Part shown: one piece after another, positions 37,436 to 48,920 of the stretch
Layout: every line of letters starts with the position of its first letter
How positions within the stretch are numbered: position 1 is the stretch's first letter
NCBI GenBank assembly: GCA_022605425.2
Contig: CM061248.1
Location: 1,178,001-1,242,000, forward strand
From: Hamiltosporidium tvaerminnensis FI-OER-3-3
Lineage: Eukaryota; Fungi; Microsporidia
Length of the DNA stretch: 64,000 nucleotides
Reading direction: 5' to 3'
Position numbers and translations under genes: made by a program
Notes under the pieces: model-generated
What the model saw: the letters and a program-made list of their open reading frames with translations, nothing else
Told to the model about the DNA's origin: nothing
The model's database searches: none

Positions 37436-40400
37436 ATTAATTTATACTAGGCGCTATGAACCGTACGATCCTTAGTTTCCTTCAATAATTCCGCCTAAAA
37501 ATCTCTTTCCAGCGCAAGATTCCACCAGTCTTCTACTCCCAGAAGTCAGGCGGTATTTTTAAATTGATCAATTCAGCGAGTCTAGGGTCTTCCAAACTTC
37601 CCTTTTCGGACTGGTATATGGTTCAAAACTTTAGAAGATATGCAATGCTCATTCTTAGCAGATGTCTTACCCAGCGGATTCTGTTTAAGTAGACTAAGTC
37701 TACGACTAGCAAATCTCTTAAGTTGGTATGGAGTTTCCTGGTGTGTTGTTTCGTTAACCCAAATTTTCTTCTTTAAGTTCATAAATACGTCCCAGTACTT
37801 TCCTTTCGAATACCGCTAGTCTTTGCTCATCAGTCTTCTTAAAAATCCAAGATTCTAATTACACATAAGAACAGGTCTCAGCAGCGTTTTGTAGAGTATG
37901 AATTTCGTTTTCCAAGTGATATGTTTGGACTTATAATGCTTGAGAAGACTGTAAAAGAACTTTTTCACCGCATGAATTTTTCTTTCGATTTTTTTGACGC
38001 TGCTGTTGTTTTACATCTATTCTTTATCCCCAATATACATAATCTTCGACTGTTTAAAAGATATAATTCTCGACTTGGAATTGTGAAAGTCTTCGATCGT
38101 CGCTAAATCTCATATATTTGATTTTATGAATGTTAAAAATCAAGCCCATCATTTGGCTTGCGATTCAAGGCTATGAACGCATCTTGCAAATTACCTTCTA
38201 ATCTTGCAATAACGTCAATGTCATTAGCGTAATATACGATTTGAATTTGCTCGTTGAATATGTAACCTGCAACCTGTAGACCCGAATCACGAACTACTTT
38301 CTCCAGAGAAAAATATAATAGTAGACATACCAATGCGTTAACCTGCTTTAGATCATTAAATGTTCCAACTGGTTCTGACAGAGTAGACTGTACTCTGATT
38401 TTCCAATTTGATCCAGACATTGTCATTTTAGTCAATCTAATCAATTGAGGAATAATACTAAATGCTTTCTGACTCTGCAAAGCATTTTTCCGTTGAATTT
38501 ATCATAGGCTTCCTTGAAGTCTATAAAAAAATAGTGAGTATTTATCTTATATTTACATGTTTTTTCCAGAATTTTTTATAGTGTATAGATCTGGTCTAAT
38601 GTTGACCGAACTTTCCGGAAGCCGCATTGGTATTCTCCGATGATTTTCTCCGCATAAGGTAGCAGTCGTGTGAAAATAATGCTAGACATAACTTTGTAGG
38701 TTGTGTTAAAAAGAAATATTCTTCGGTAATTTTCACAATTCAATGTGACAACCTTTTTGTGAATACAAAAAGATAAGACTTGTATCTCATTCTTTCGCCG
38801 TTTTCTATTTTTTCTATATCACTAAAATTAAATCGGTCAACTCCTTAATGTAATTTCCACCACGGTTTTTAATGAGTTCACTGGGAATTTCTTCCGTTCG
38901 AGAGGCTTTTTTGTTTTTCTGTTTTTCCACAGCTTTATGTACTTTTCCATAAAAAGGCTCAATGTCTTCATAGATACCTGTATTTTCTAGTGCGTCAAAA
39001 ATGTTGTCCGTGGCTGCTTGATCTCCGCATTCCCCAGTATTTCTCTAAAATATTCTGGCGCTATAATTATTACTCCTGTGTGTCACTTATTATCTCACCC
39101 GTTTTACTTCTACAGCTGTTTGTTTGTAGAATGAAAGCTGTCTGGTATCATTCACCTTTCTAATTATTTCTCTCCTCAGGTGTTTAGTATTATAGATCTG
39201 ATATTAGCTCTATTTGCGTCATCATAGCTTTTCTCTTTTTAGCTCGGTGTATCCTCTTTTCCTCATTTCTAGGATCGTATATCGTTCAGTATATACTTAC
39301 CGTATTTTTTGTATCATAAAGTTGTAGGCCTTATTCTTAGTTTTGATTATGCTTGCGCATTCCTTATCAAACCATTCATTTCTTTGACATTTCGCTTAAA
39401 TCTAATAAATACCCACGCTGCTGCTACTATATTTTGTTTAAGCCTGTTCCATTTGTCATCTATATCTTCCCTACTCTGTTCTCTAACGATTATGTTGGTT
39501 TCCGACTAAAATATTTTCTTTCTTTTCTCCTCCTTAAAACATACTGGTGTTATATCTGAAAGACCCAGTTCCTTTTTGATTTCTGGTGTGTGAGATTCTT
39601 GCTCTAAATCGTGCAAAGAGGAGGAAATGATCTATGTCAGACTTGGCGCTGCGATGTACTCTAACATTAAGTAAGCAGGTGCTGTGACGCTTGTCAATGA
39701 AGATGTGATCTATTTGTTTGACTGAACCCCATCCGGCGTCGTCCAAGTGACCTTGTCTATGTTCCTGTGATTAAAAATTGTTCCACCAACAATTAAATTT
39801 TTGCTAATTGCAAAATTAATCAGCCGGAATCCATTTTCAGAATGCTTTTCATGTAGACTATAATTTCCAATACTGCTGCAGGCATAGTTTTACCTATTTT
39901 TGCGTTCATGTCTCTAGCAGAAATTTGATTTTCTTTCACCGAAAATCTTCGTATACTTTCCCTAAGAATGTCATAAAAAGCCCCTCTTTCCTCATATTGT
40001 ATCTTATGTGTGAGCATAGGCATTGATAATATTAAAGTTGAAAAATTTCTTTCTTATTCTGATTCTACATAGCCTGAGTGCGTAGGCTTTAAAATCGATT
40101 ACGAGCGGTTTTATCTTGTTTCCAACCATAAATCCTGTCCTCAGTAGGTGGTATTTTTCGTGACAGCTATAGTAGAATGAATAGTCTTTCCTATTCATAA
40201 TTCCTTTTCTAGTCCATCTCATTTCTTGTAGTGCTACAATATCGATTTTACGCTCAGAAATCACATAAGAAAGACACATAATGGTACCAGTCTATGGCGG
40301 GAACGCACGTTGCATGTTGCAAGTATAATATCGTTTTTTCGTTTAACCACGCTTGGAAGTTTTTAAATCTTTTGTATGAGTTTATTACGTTTTTAAGAGT

Positions 40401-40535
40401 TCGTAATATGTAGATGTTAAAGGGTGGGTTGTTAGCCCTACGCCCAACCCCGGCCTGAAGGACCAGTTCCTTTTAGTCGCCTCTTACGACAAGCAGAGAA
40501 TACTCCAAGCCAATTCTGCTCCCGGCATGTAGGGA
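37436..40535 (-). mobile_element. Degraded RTE-clade non-LTR retrotransposon (APE + RT)
   Basis: APE motifs IDIVALQEMRW, INAYA, DMNAKIG, QIDHIFID, SDIDH. RT YANDI. Structured 5' end at 40420-40535. Many stops. Confidence 0.85.
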
Positions 40536-40805
40536 AAAATCATCTATATTAAACATAGAATTTCTTAATGTCATGAAAAAAATACAACACATGTCACAGT
40601 TCCAAAAATTATAAAAATCATAAAGAAAACCGAGAATAATTATAGAAAAAATAAAATATGAAATAAAAAATTAAAAAAAAGGCAAAAACAAAGAATCAAC
40701 GCTCTTTTACTAACGCATACCCTTCATCTCATATCCCATCTCATAATCTATTCATTAAACTTTCTTATTAACTTCCTATATACCCCCACCAATACTTAAT
40801 AACTC

Positions 40806-43800
40806 TCATATCAATCCTAATACCTCCCCCTTTTCTCTCCTAAAATCAACAACAACCTCAGGAAAGTTATCGCCATCAATATCAAACAAACACTCAACAC
40901 CACAGTAAATAACACCATCACCTTCTTTCTTACAACACAATTCACTAATAAATTTTTCTAAATTATTTTTAAACCTCTCATTATCATAAAACGTACAAAA
41001 CACAACAGTATCTCTTATTGTTACCATACTTATATCTACATTCCACACCCTTTTAAAATATTTTAATATTTCAGATAATTTACAGTCACCAAAGACAAAG
41101 CTATTCCAAAGAGTAAAAGTAGTAGTATTGGTATTAACAGGGTGTAAAGTATTAGTACTATAATTAACACCCTCTAATCCATTACTGTCACTAACATCCT
41201 CACATCTATCTCTATTACTAACACCCTCTAATCCATTACTGTCACTAACACCCTCTAAACTATCTCTATCATTAACACCACCCTCCCTACTATCATACCT
41301 AACCATCCCACATTCCATCTTCTCTGCCTCAATAACATCTGTACACCCTATAAATGAAAGTCCTAAATTAACATACCAATTCTTATACCCATTACCATAT
41401 AAAACATATCTAATCATTTCTAAAACACATAACCCTGATATAACAGATGTAGTAGTTGCTATTGCTGGTATTATACGACCTGCTATACCTTTTACTGTTA
41501 ATTTAGATACCTCTTTTATTTTATAATTACGTGCTCTTAAATTAGCACATGCATATATAAAATCTATATGACCATTACTATCATTATCCTTTTCAAGAGT
41601 AACAGGGTGAAGAGTAATTATATTATTAGTATTGTTATTAGAGGGGGTGTTAGGGGTTACGGTATTTGGTGTGTGATGAAAGGGGTGTTGTTCATTACTA
41701 CTGTTATTAAAAGGGCGTTGTTTATTTAGACTGTTACTAACACCCTGTTGTCCATTACTACTGTCATTAACACCCTTTATATTATTGCCCTTATGATTAA
41801 CACCCTTTATATTAGTTCCCCTGTCATTAACACCCTTTACATTAGTATCCTTGTCATTAACACCCTCTAACATACTTTTATCATACATCCCCTCTCTTAT
41901 TATATCCTCCACCTCCTGATAACTAACACCTTCTCCATTATCCTCACTTTCTAATCCCTTTATCCCATACACACTACTTATAACCCTACAATAACTCTGT
42001 ACAAACAACACATGTAAACAATCATCCTTATTAAAAATAAGGGGTACAGGTGGTCTCTTAGGCGGTACCCAAAAAGGTTGTCCTTCCCCTGTTACATGTC
42101 CAACAGGAAATGTTTCTATAAGTGTCTTAATATTTATATAAAAATACTTATTAAATAAAATAACACCTTCTCTTACACATTCATATATATTCTTAGGTAT
42201 ACTTCTTACTAACACACTTATATCCTCACCAATAGCAACACTCTCAGTACTAAGATTATCATGGGTAGGGATAGTAGTATGTGGAGTGTTATTAGTGGGT
42301 ATAGTATTAACAGGGTGTTGCTTATTAGTACTGTCATTAACAGGGTCTTGTTTACTAGTACTATTATTAAGAGGGTGTTGTTTATTAGTACTGTCATTAA
42401 CAGGGTCTTGTCCCATATCCTTATAACTAACACCCTTATAATTACTACTACTGTCATTATCACCCTCTAATTTACTATCCCTATAATTATCACCCTTTAT
42501 ATACTCACTTATACTAATAATCTTCTCTTCAAAATTACTCTTAAACTCACTCAATGCCCACTCTATTGTATGTTCAATACAATGAGGAAAATTACGTATA
42601 GTACATAACGGTATACTCTTATCAGGTGGATCTCTACTACTACTATAACTCTCTGTCTTATAAGGTATTACTACTTGTACATTACCTTTGGTACCTAAAG
42701 TACCACTTTCAAACAAAGGTATTTTATTAGTAATACATCTTTTATCTACATACAGTCTAGCTTCTATATTATCTAAAGCATTTACAACTAAAGAGGTGTT
42801 AGTAAGAAAAGTATCAGAGAATACAGACTCAGTCTCTTTACCTACTTTAAGGGGGTGATGTATAATACTATTGTTTATGCATTTATTTAGGGTTAGGGTA
42901 GGGTTAGGGTCCGAATTGGAGTTGAGATTTGGGTTAGAATTATCTATAGTTATATTATGGTTAGGTATTGTATCATTCTTATTATCTAACATATCCTTAT
43001 TATCCCTATCTCCACCCCTACTATCAATATCACCCCCTACCTTTCTATAATCACTGTTCATTCTTAATGACTCTTCTACTGCTACTTCACTCTTCATACG
43101 TTGTACATCTTTCTTCTTAAACAAGAACTGCCTATTAAGATTAGAAGTTTCTATAGAATCCATATCAGTTACTGTTATATTACCATTAACACCTATACCA
43201 CACATAATTAGGTTTTTAAGATGTTCACATCCTATAGCACCAGCACCTACAAGAAATATTTTAAGAGAATGTAAAATGGAAAGGTATTTAGAACCGAAGA
43301 GAGTAACAAGGGGTGTGTATCTATTAATGGGGGTATTGTCTTTAGTGTTATTATTGGTGATAGGTATGTCGATGGGGGTATTGGTAAGACCCTTATAATT
43401 ACTAGTACTATTACTAACAGGGTGATAATTACCAGTACTATTACTAACAGGGTGATAATTATCGATACTATTACTAACACCCTGTTGTTTACTAGTACTA
43501 TTACTAACACCCTGTTGTTCATTTGTACTATCATTAACACCCTTATATCTATCACTACTATCATTAACACCCTCTAACCCTACCCCACTATCACCCTCCA
43601 TTGAACACTCAAAGTATAAGAACTGATGTAATGGATAATACTTATTACAACACCCTTTAATAACCTCTTGTGATACAAACCCACCTATAACACTACACAT
43701 AGGCATTAAACTACCACAACACTGTTTACAAAATAATTTAATTAATTTTTCATTTTTATCAATATTTCCATATTCATACTCATACATCTTTAAGAAGGTA

Positions 43801-45113
43801 TTAGTATCTAAAGGTGTTAGTGTCAGTGTGTTATAATTATTAGTAGTATTGTTCAAAGGGTTGTTGGTATCTAAATGGTTATTATAAGTATCTAAAGGGT
43901 TATTACAAGTATCTAAAGGGTTATTATCTAAAGGGTTACTACCATCCAACATATCCCTATTACTATCACCCTCAATCTCATTCCTACTCATGTACGTGTT
44001 AAGGGTTAGAAAACATTTATGTAGTATTAAGTCTCTTTCAGGTGTTGAGTGTGGTAGTGTTAATATATCAGGTGTTAGTAATGATTGTGATAAGGATTGA
44101 AAGTAAAAGGTTTTAGGTACTTTAACCTCTTCAAATGTACCACCCTCAACAATACCGAAGTGGAATTTGGTATTAGAGTTAGTAGGAGGGTTAGTATTTA
44201 TTTCTTTAATATCTTTAATATCCTTACTATCTTTAATATCCTTACTATTATCTTTAATATCCTTATTACTAATATCACCCTCACCCTTATCACACCCTGT
44301 TACCTCTAGCTTTACTTTGTATGGTGTTAATACTTTAACTTTAAACTTTATATCTTTTAAATGTGGTATATCATATATCTGTATAACACTAGAATCTTCT
44401 AACTCATGTCTTATATTATCAGCTGTTGTTAATATACCTTCTTGTGAAATATCATTTATAGGACCTGAAAGTAAAGGTTCTCCTGTTATATCATATGTTG
44501 TAAATGAAGGACCAAAATCTGTAAATATTTGTGAAAATAATCCTTGTATTTGACAAGATATAAAGGGGGTGTTATGTTTACGTGCTATGGTGTTATAATG
44601 TAATGATAAGGAGAGTGGTAGATTAGCACAGACAATGAGATTAGCGTTTGGGGTGGGGGTGTTAGTAGTATGATTATCTATATTATTAGTATTCATATCC
44701 TTATTAGTATTATTATCCCTGCAACTATCCAACCTACTACCATCACAACTACTACCATCACAACAATTGTGGTATGGGTTGTGTATTTGTATGGTGACGT
44801 ATGGGTTGAGTTGGAGAAGAGAAGAAAGTACAGAAAAGTCACGTCTGTTACCTATATGTTCAGTACGGAAATAGAAACCGGTACAAAGGTCAGTAGGATG
44901 TACAGGTAAAGGATCATATATATATAAAGTATGAATACCAGCTAAAATAATATTTTTAGCTATTTCTTGACCTAAACCATCCATACCGTATATAAAGACA
45001 GTAGATGACATTAGTTTGGACATTGTGTCTGTTCCTAGTACGTATAGTTGGCGAGAGTATAGTGATTCGTCTAGGTTGTTTGGTTTTTGTGATGTTTTTT
45101 TGTTTTGTGGCAT
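40806..45113 (-). CDS. UBA1: Ubiquitin-activating enzyme E1 with long low-complexity insertions
   Basis: LYSRQLYVLG, GAGAIGCE, SNLNRQFLF, catalytic PLCTIRNFP, GRIIPAIATTT. CCC-rich motif upstream of the ATG. Confidence 0.95.
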   Translation of the reverse strand: MPQNKKTSQKPNNLDESLYSRQLYVLGTDTMSKLMSSTVFIYGMDGLGQEIAKNIILAGIHTLYIYDPLPVHPTDLCTGFYFRTEHIGNRRDFSVLSSLLQLNPYVTIQIHNPYHNCCDGSSCDGSRLDSCRDNNTNKDMNTNNIDNHTTNTPTPNANLIVCANLPLSLSLHYNTIARKHNTPFISCQIQGLFSQIFTDFGPSFTTYDITGEPLLSGPINDISQEGILTTADNIRHELEDSSVIQIYDIPHLKDIKFKVKVLTPYKVKLEVTGCDKGEGDISNKDIKDNSKDIKDSKDIKDIKEINTNPPTNSNTKFHFGIVEGGTFEEVKVPKTFYFQSLSQSLLTPDILTLPHSTPERDLILHKCFLTLNTYMSRNEIEGDSNRDMLDGSNPLDNNPLDTCNNPLDTYNNHLDTNNPLNNTTNNYNTLTLTPLDTNTFLKMYEYEYGNIDKNEKLIKLFCKQCCGSLMPMCSVIGGFVSQEVIKGCCNKYYPLHQFLYFECSMEGDSGVGLEGVNDSSDRYKGVNDSTNEQQGVSNSTSKQQGVSNSIDNYHPVSNSTGNYHPVSNSTSNYKGLTNTPIDIPITNNNTKDNTPINRYTPLVTLFGSKYLSILHSLKIFLVGAGAIGCEHLKNLIMCGIGVNGNITVTDMDSIETSNLNRQFLFKKKDVQRMKSEVAVEESLRMNSDYRKVGGDIDSRGGDRDNKDMLDNKNDTIPNHNITIDNSNPNLNSNSDPNPTLTLNKCINNSIIHHPLKVGKETESVFSDTFLTNTSLVVNALDNIEARLYVDKRCITNKIPLFESGTLGTKGNVQVVIPYKTESYSSSRDPPDKSIPLCTIRNFPHCIEHTIEWALSEFKSNFEEKIISISEYIKGDNYRDSKLEGDNDSSSNYKGVSYKDMGQDPVNDSTNKQHPLNNSTSKQDPVNDSTNKQHPVNTIPTNNTPHTTIPTHDNLSTESVAIGEDISVLVRSIPKNIYECVREGVILFNKYFYINIKTLIETFPVGHVTGEGQPFWVPPKRPPVPLIFNKDDCLHVLFVQSYCRVISSVYGIKGLESEDNGEGVSYQEVEDIIREGMYDKSMLEGVNDKDTNVKGVNDRGTNIKGVNHKGNNIKGVNDSSNGQQGVSNSLNKQRPFNNSSNEQHPFHHTPNTVTPNTPSNNNTNNIITLHPVTLEKDNDSNGHIDFIYACANLRARNYKIKEVSKLTVKGIAGRIIPAIATTTSVISGLCVLEMIRYVLYGNGYKNWYVNLGLSFIGCTDVIEAEKMECGMVRYDSREGGVNDRDSLEGVSDSNGLEGVSNRDRCEDVSDSNGLEGVNYSTNTLHPVNTNTTTFTLWNSFVFGDCKLSEILKYFKRVWNVDISMVTIRDTVVFCTFYDNERFKNNLEKFISELCCKKEGDGVIYCGVECLFDIDGDNFPEVVVDFRREKGEVLGLI

Positions 45114-45354
45114 ATTTTTTATTTTGGGGAGGGGAATTTAAATTTGTTTTTATTTTGTATAAAAGATAGGGATTTTGGGGATAGTATAGGGATATAGGTT
45201 AGGGTAAGGGATGTACAGGGTATAAGGGTAAAGGATATAGGTAATGGATTTATTATAAGGATATAGGTAAGGGGTTGTTATTTTGCTTTTATTTTGTCTC
45301 TAATAAATAACATAAGGTAAGGGATAGTATATAGGGTGTGAAAGCATTATATTC

Positions 45355-46152
45355 AATGAAATTCTGGGTTAAAATATTTTTACCATTTTTTTATATGTTT
45401 TCTTCTACCTCTTTGACCAGTGCTGTCTCTTCTTCCAAATCCGACTCTTCATTTATTTTATTGGTTGGTTCCTCTAAAGTGGTTCCTCCTTGTGAAATAA
45501 GGGGTGTATTATTTTTTGGTTTTAAATTTCTTGCACTATCTTCCTCTCTCTTCGCTTCTTTTAAAGGGAGTGTTGGTTCCTCATACATCTCTGATCTCCT
45601 AATAACACCCATTGATGCTCTCTCCCAGCTCTCTTCGGCATTTAGTCCTGACTCAAGTCTTCTTCGTCGATCAAGGGAAATTGTTTCGACTGTCTTCTTA
45701 AGTACTATAGACTGAATGTATACCTCTACATTCATGGGTATTTCTAGTCTTTTAAGATGAGATTTATGGTATTTTGTCACAATACCGTCCCAGGTCATCA
45801 CGTAAGGGATTATCTCAACACAACATCTATAAATAAGACCCAACTCATTGGCTAGCAGGTCATATTTCCTAAGTTTTTCAGTTTCAACTATTTGAAGTGA
45901 ATCTTGGGAAGTGATTCCTACTTCAATGAGTGTTATCTTATTCTTCTTCTTATCTAAAATAAATATGTCCGGTCTGTTATTCCGAATTTTAACATCAGTT
46001 TTTATTCTGATGACCACTCTTATCTCTGCATACTCATTATCAAGAATTTCTCGAACTGAGTGACTCCTTATTCGTTTTGAAGACTTAAACTTATATCTAT
46101 TTAGAAGAAGTAGGTGTAGGCATCTAACCACTTCATTATGCCGTCTAGTGTA
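45355..46152 (-). mobile_element. 5'-truncated R4-like fragment (RLE domain)
   Basis: RPDIFILDK..IEVGIT..KLRKY and the conserved 3' terminus AACCCAGAATTT. Confidence 0.88.
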
Positions 46153-46655
46153 ATTTATATAGACACTGAAAGTGTTAATATAAATAAAAAAAATATAAAA
46201 ATCGCCACTGTTTCAAGAAGATGTGATATATTTCAAAGAAAACTAACCCTTTATAAATATGTTTTATTTTTTTATGCACTACTTTATCTTTTTTTTGTAT
46301 AGATTCTACTTAATACTTCTTTAATATTTTATTTTTCTTTATAAGAATCAATTTATTATTCTATTTGTTATATTTGTATATTATTAGACGTTTTATCATT
46401 TTAAAGATATTTTTCATTTGTATACTAAAAAATATTTAAGAAGAAATAATTTTAATTGAAGTGTAAGTAGATTCTATAATAACCATATTTTGTTTTTCTT
46501 TTATATATTCGAATACTTTGTTACAGTTTATTCATTTTTAATTTTAATAACTCTTAGGAATATGAAATTTATAAAAAAATTTATAAAAAAAGACATTAAA
46601 TTTTTGTTTAAAAATAAATATCCCATCGACCATTTTTTAGACAAATTATATAGCA

Positions 46656-47621
46656 ATGCAGACGAAAATATCAAAACGAGAATTACATGGAATTAAAATA
46701 TTAAAGAAAATAGCATCTGGTGCATTTGGAGAAATATATATTGCATATGATGAAATAAGAAATAAAAAGATAGCAATTAAAGTAGAATCTAAAAGTCATA
46801 GAGGTTTATTAAAATATGAATATAAGATATACAAAGTACTTGGCAAGGATACTTATAATTTTGTGTGCCAAGTGTATGGATTTACAAGTGTTATAATGAA
46901 TGGTGAGAATCATAATGCTATGCTTATGGATTTACTTGGACCTTCGTTAGAGAATCTTTTTGTTTATTGTGATAAAAAATTTAGTTTGAAAACTGTTTTA
47001 ATGTTGGGTGATTTGATGCTCAATAGAATAGAATATTTACATTATAGACATTTAATTCATAGAGATATCAAACCGGATAATTTTGCGTTTGGATATGAAA
47101 AAAGTAATAAAAATAATTTATTTATTTTGGATTTTGGACTTACGAAATATTATAGAGATCCATCTACATATAACCATATACCAATGAAAGATGGTAAATC
47201 TTTAACTGGTACTGCCAGATACGCTTCTATAAATACACACTGTGGGTTGGAACAGAGTAGAAGAGATGATTTGGAAAGTTTGGGATATTGTTTAATATAT
47301 TTTTTAAAAGGATGCCTTCCATGGCAAAATTTACAAGCAGAAGATAAAAAAAGTAAATATTTAGCTATAAAAAGAGTAAAAATGAGTGTTTCAGTTGATA
47401 CACTTTGTAAAGATTTACCGATAGAAATTAAAAAGTTTCTGGAATATTCACATAAACTTGAATTCGAAGAAATGCCGAATTATTTGTATTTAAAGGATTT
47501 ACTTAATGATGCTATGAAATATAATAATTTTAGACACGATTTTGAATGGGATTGGATCATTAAATCTAAAAATGATCCTAAATTTCAAGATAAATTAGCA
47601 AATGGCTTTAAGTATGAATAA
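46656..47621 (+). CDS. Casein kinase 1 (Hrr25/CK1 family)
   Basis: IASGAFGEIY, LLGPSLENLF, HRDIKPDNF, GTARYASIN, EQSRRDDLESLGY, LPWQ. Confidence 0.93.
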   Translation: MQTKISKRELHGIKILKKIASGAFGEIYIAYDEIRNKKIAIKVESKSHRGLLKYEYKIYKVLGKDTYNFVCQVYGFTSVIMNGENHNAMLMDLLGPSLENLFVYCDKKFSLKTVLMLGDLMLNRIEYLHYRHLIHRDIKPDNFAFGYEKSNKNNLFILDFGLTKYYRDPSTYNHIPMKDGKSLTGTARYASINTHCGLEQSRRDDLESLGYCLIYFLKGCLPWQNLQAEDKKSKYLAIKRVKMSVSVDTLCKDLPIEIKKFLEYSHKLEFEEMPNYLYLKDLLNDAMKYNNFRHDFEWDWIIKSKNDPKFQDKLANGFKYE

Positions 47622-48920
47622 ATAATATATAACAATTGCTTTAGTTTTTTTTAAAAAGTATATTTTTTAGTTTTTCACATCTTAAAAACGAATATTACTC
47701 CATCAAGTTTTTCTTTTGAAATTAAAATTTTTTATATCTCAAAAAAAAATTGAATCACATTATTTATTTGAAAAATATCACAAATCTCAAAAAAAAATGA
47801 GAATATAAGTTTTTATGGTATTATGACGGTTCTAATATAAAGGAATTGTTACTTTCGCAAAACCAATTTGGATCAAATTCTATACCGCAATCAGAAATTT
47901 TTTTATATTAAGAAAGTGTGATATTCATTATATAAACAAGAAAAATGTACTGGATTCTGCTAATATTTTTTGTATAAGCTTGATTATGTTTCCATTGTGC
48001 TCGTTTTTCCCTGATTTAAGTGCGACTTTTTACATACTCCAAACGTTCCTCCCCAATCCGAATTAGAGTCAGTTTTGTATTGGAAACTTACACGGGAATA
48101 CTAGAAAGTGTAGTTTTATATTACAGGAGCAGACCGCCATCAGCTTTTCTGGCCTTTTCAATGTAACTTTTTCTTTATTTTTGACAGGCTTATAGTATTC
48201 CAACTTGTGTGAGACCGTGTAAGTTTCTATGCTTTTTATAGCAATTACCCAAAATTTATATTTTTTTCTTTATAGTTAGATAAAAAACTCTAAACTTTTA
48301 TTAAAAAAGCTGTACAAATTTGCAGATCATCTTTTTCACATACGAATTTTATGAAACGGTCGAATGTTAGCGTATTTATCATTCGTATCAAATCTTCAAA
48401 CAATAATTTCTTATTCCCCATACAATTAGTTACCAAGCAAATGCTTTTATATGTGATTATCTCCCATCGAGCCTTTAAATAAATGATTTTTTTTAAAAAA
48501 ATGAAAAGGCTCATTCCCTACAAAAAGATAAAGTGTCAAGATGTTAGCCATTCCAAATGAGAAACAAATTTATTTTCAACTAAATTGTTTATTTTATGAA
48601 TGAGAAAAATCTGCTTTTAGTTACCGCCTGTTTAATTTATCCGATCAAAATTTCATAAGACACACCATAAAAAAAGTAACAAAGCTTAATTTCACATATA
48701 GACTGTCTGTAATACCTATTGAAAAAAAGTAGCTAATAAAATGTTCTAATAAATATTTTTTTAAAGGTGATTATATCCATGCTTCTGTTTTTTCTACCGA
48801 TTGAACCTACATATTATTGAAAATGAAAAAAATACTGTAAAATTCTAATTTAAGAATATAAAAACCTAGAATTTCCATATAATTTTAAAAGGCACAAATT
48901 TATTTAAATATTTCCAGGCC

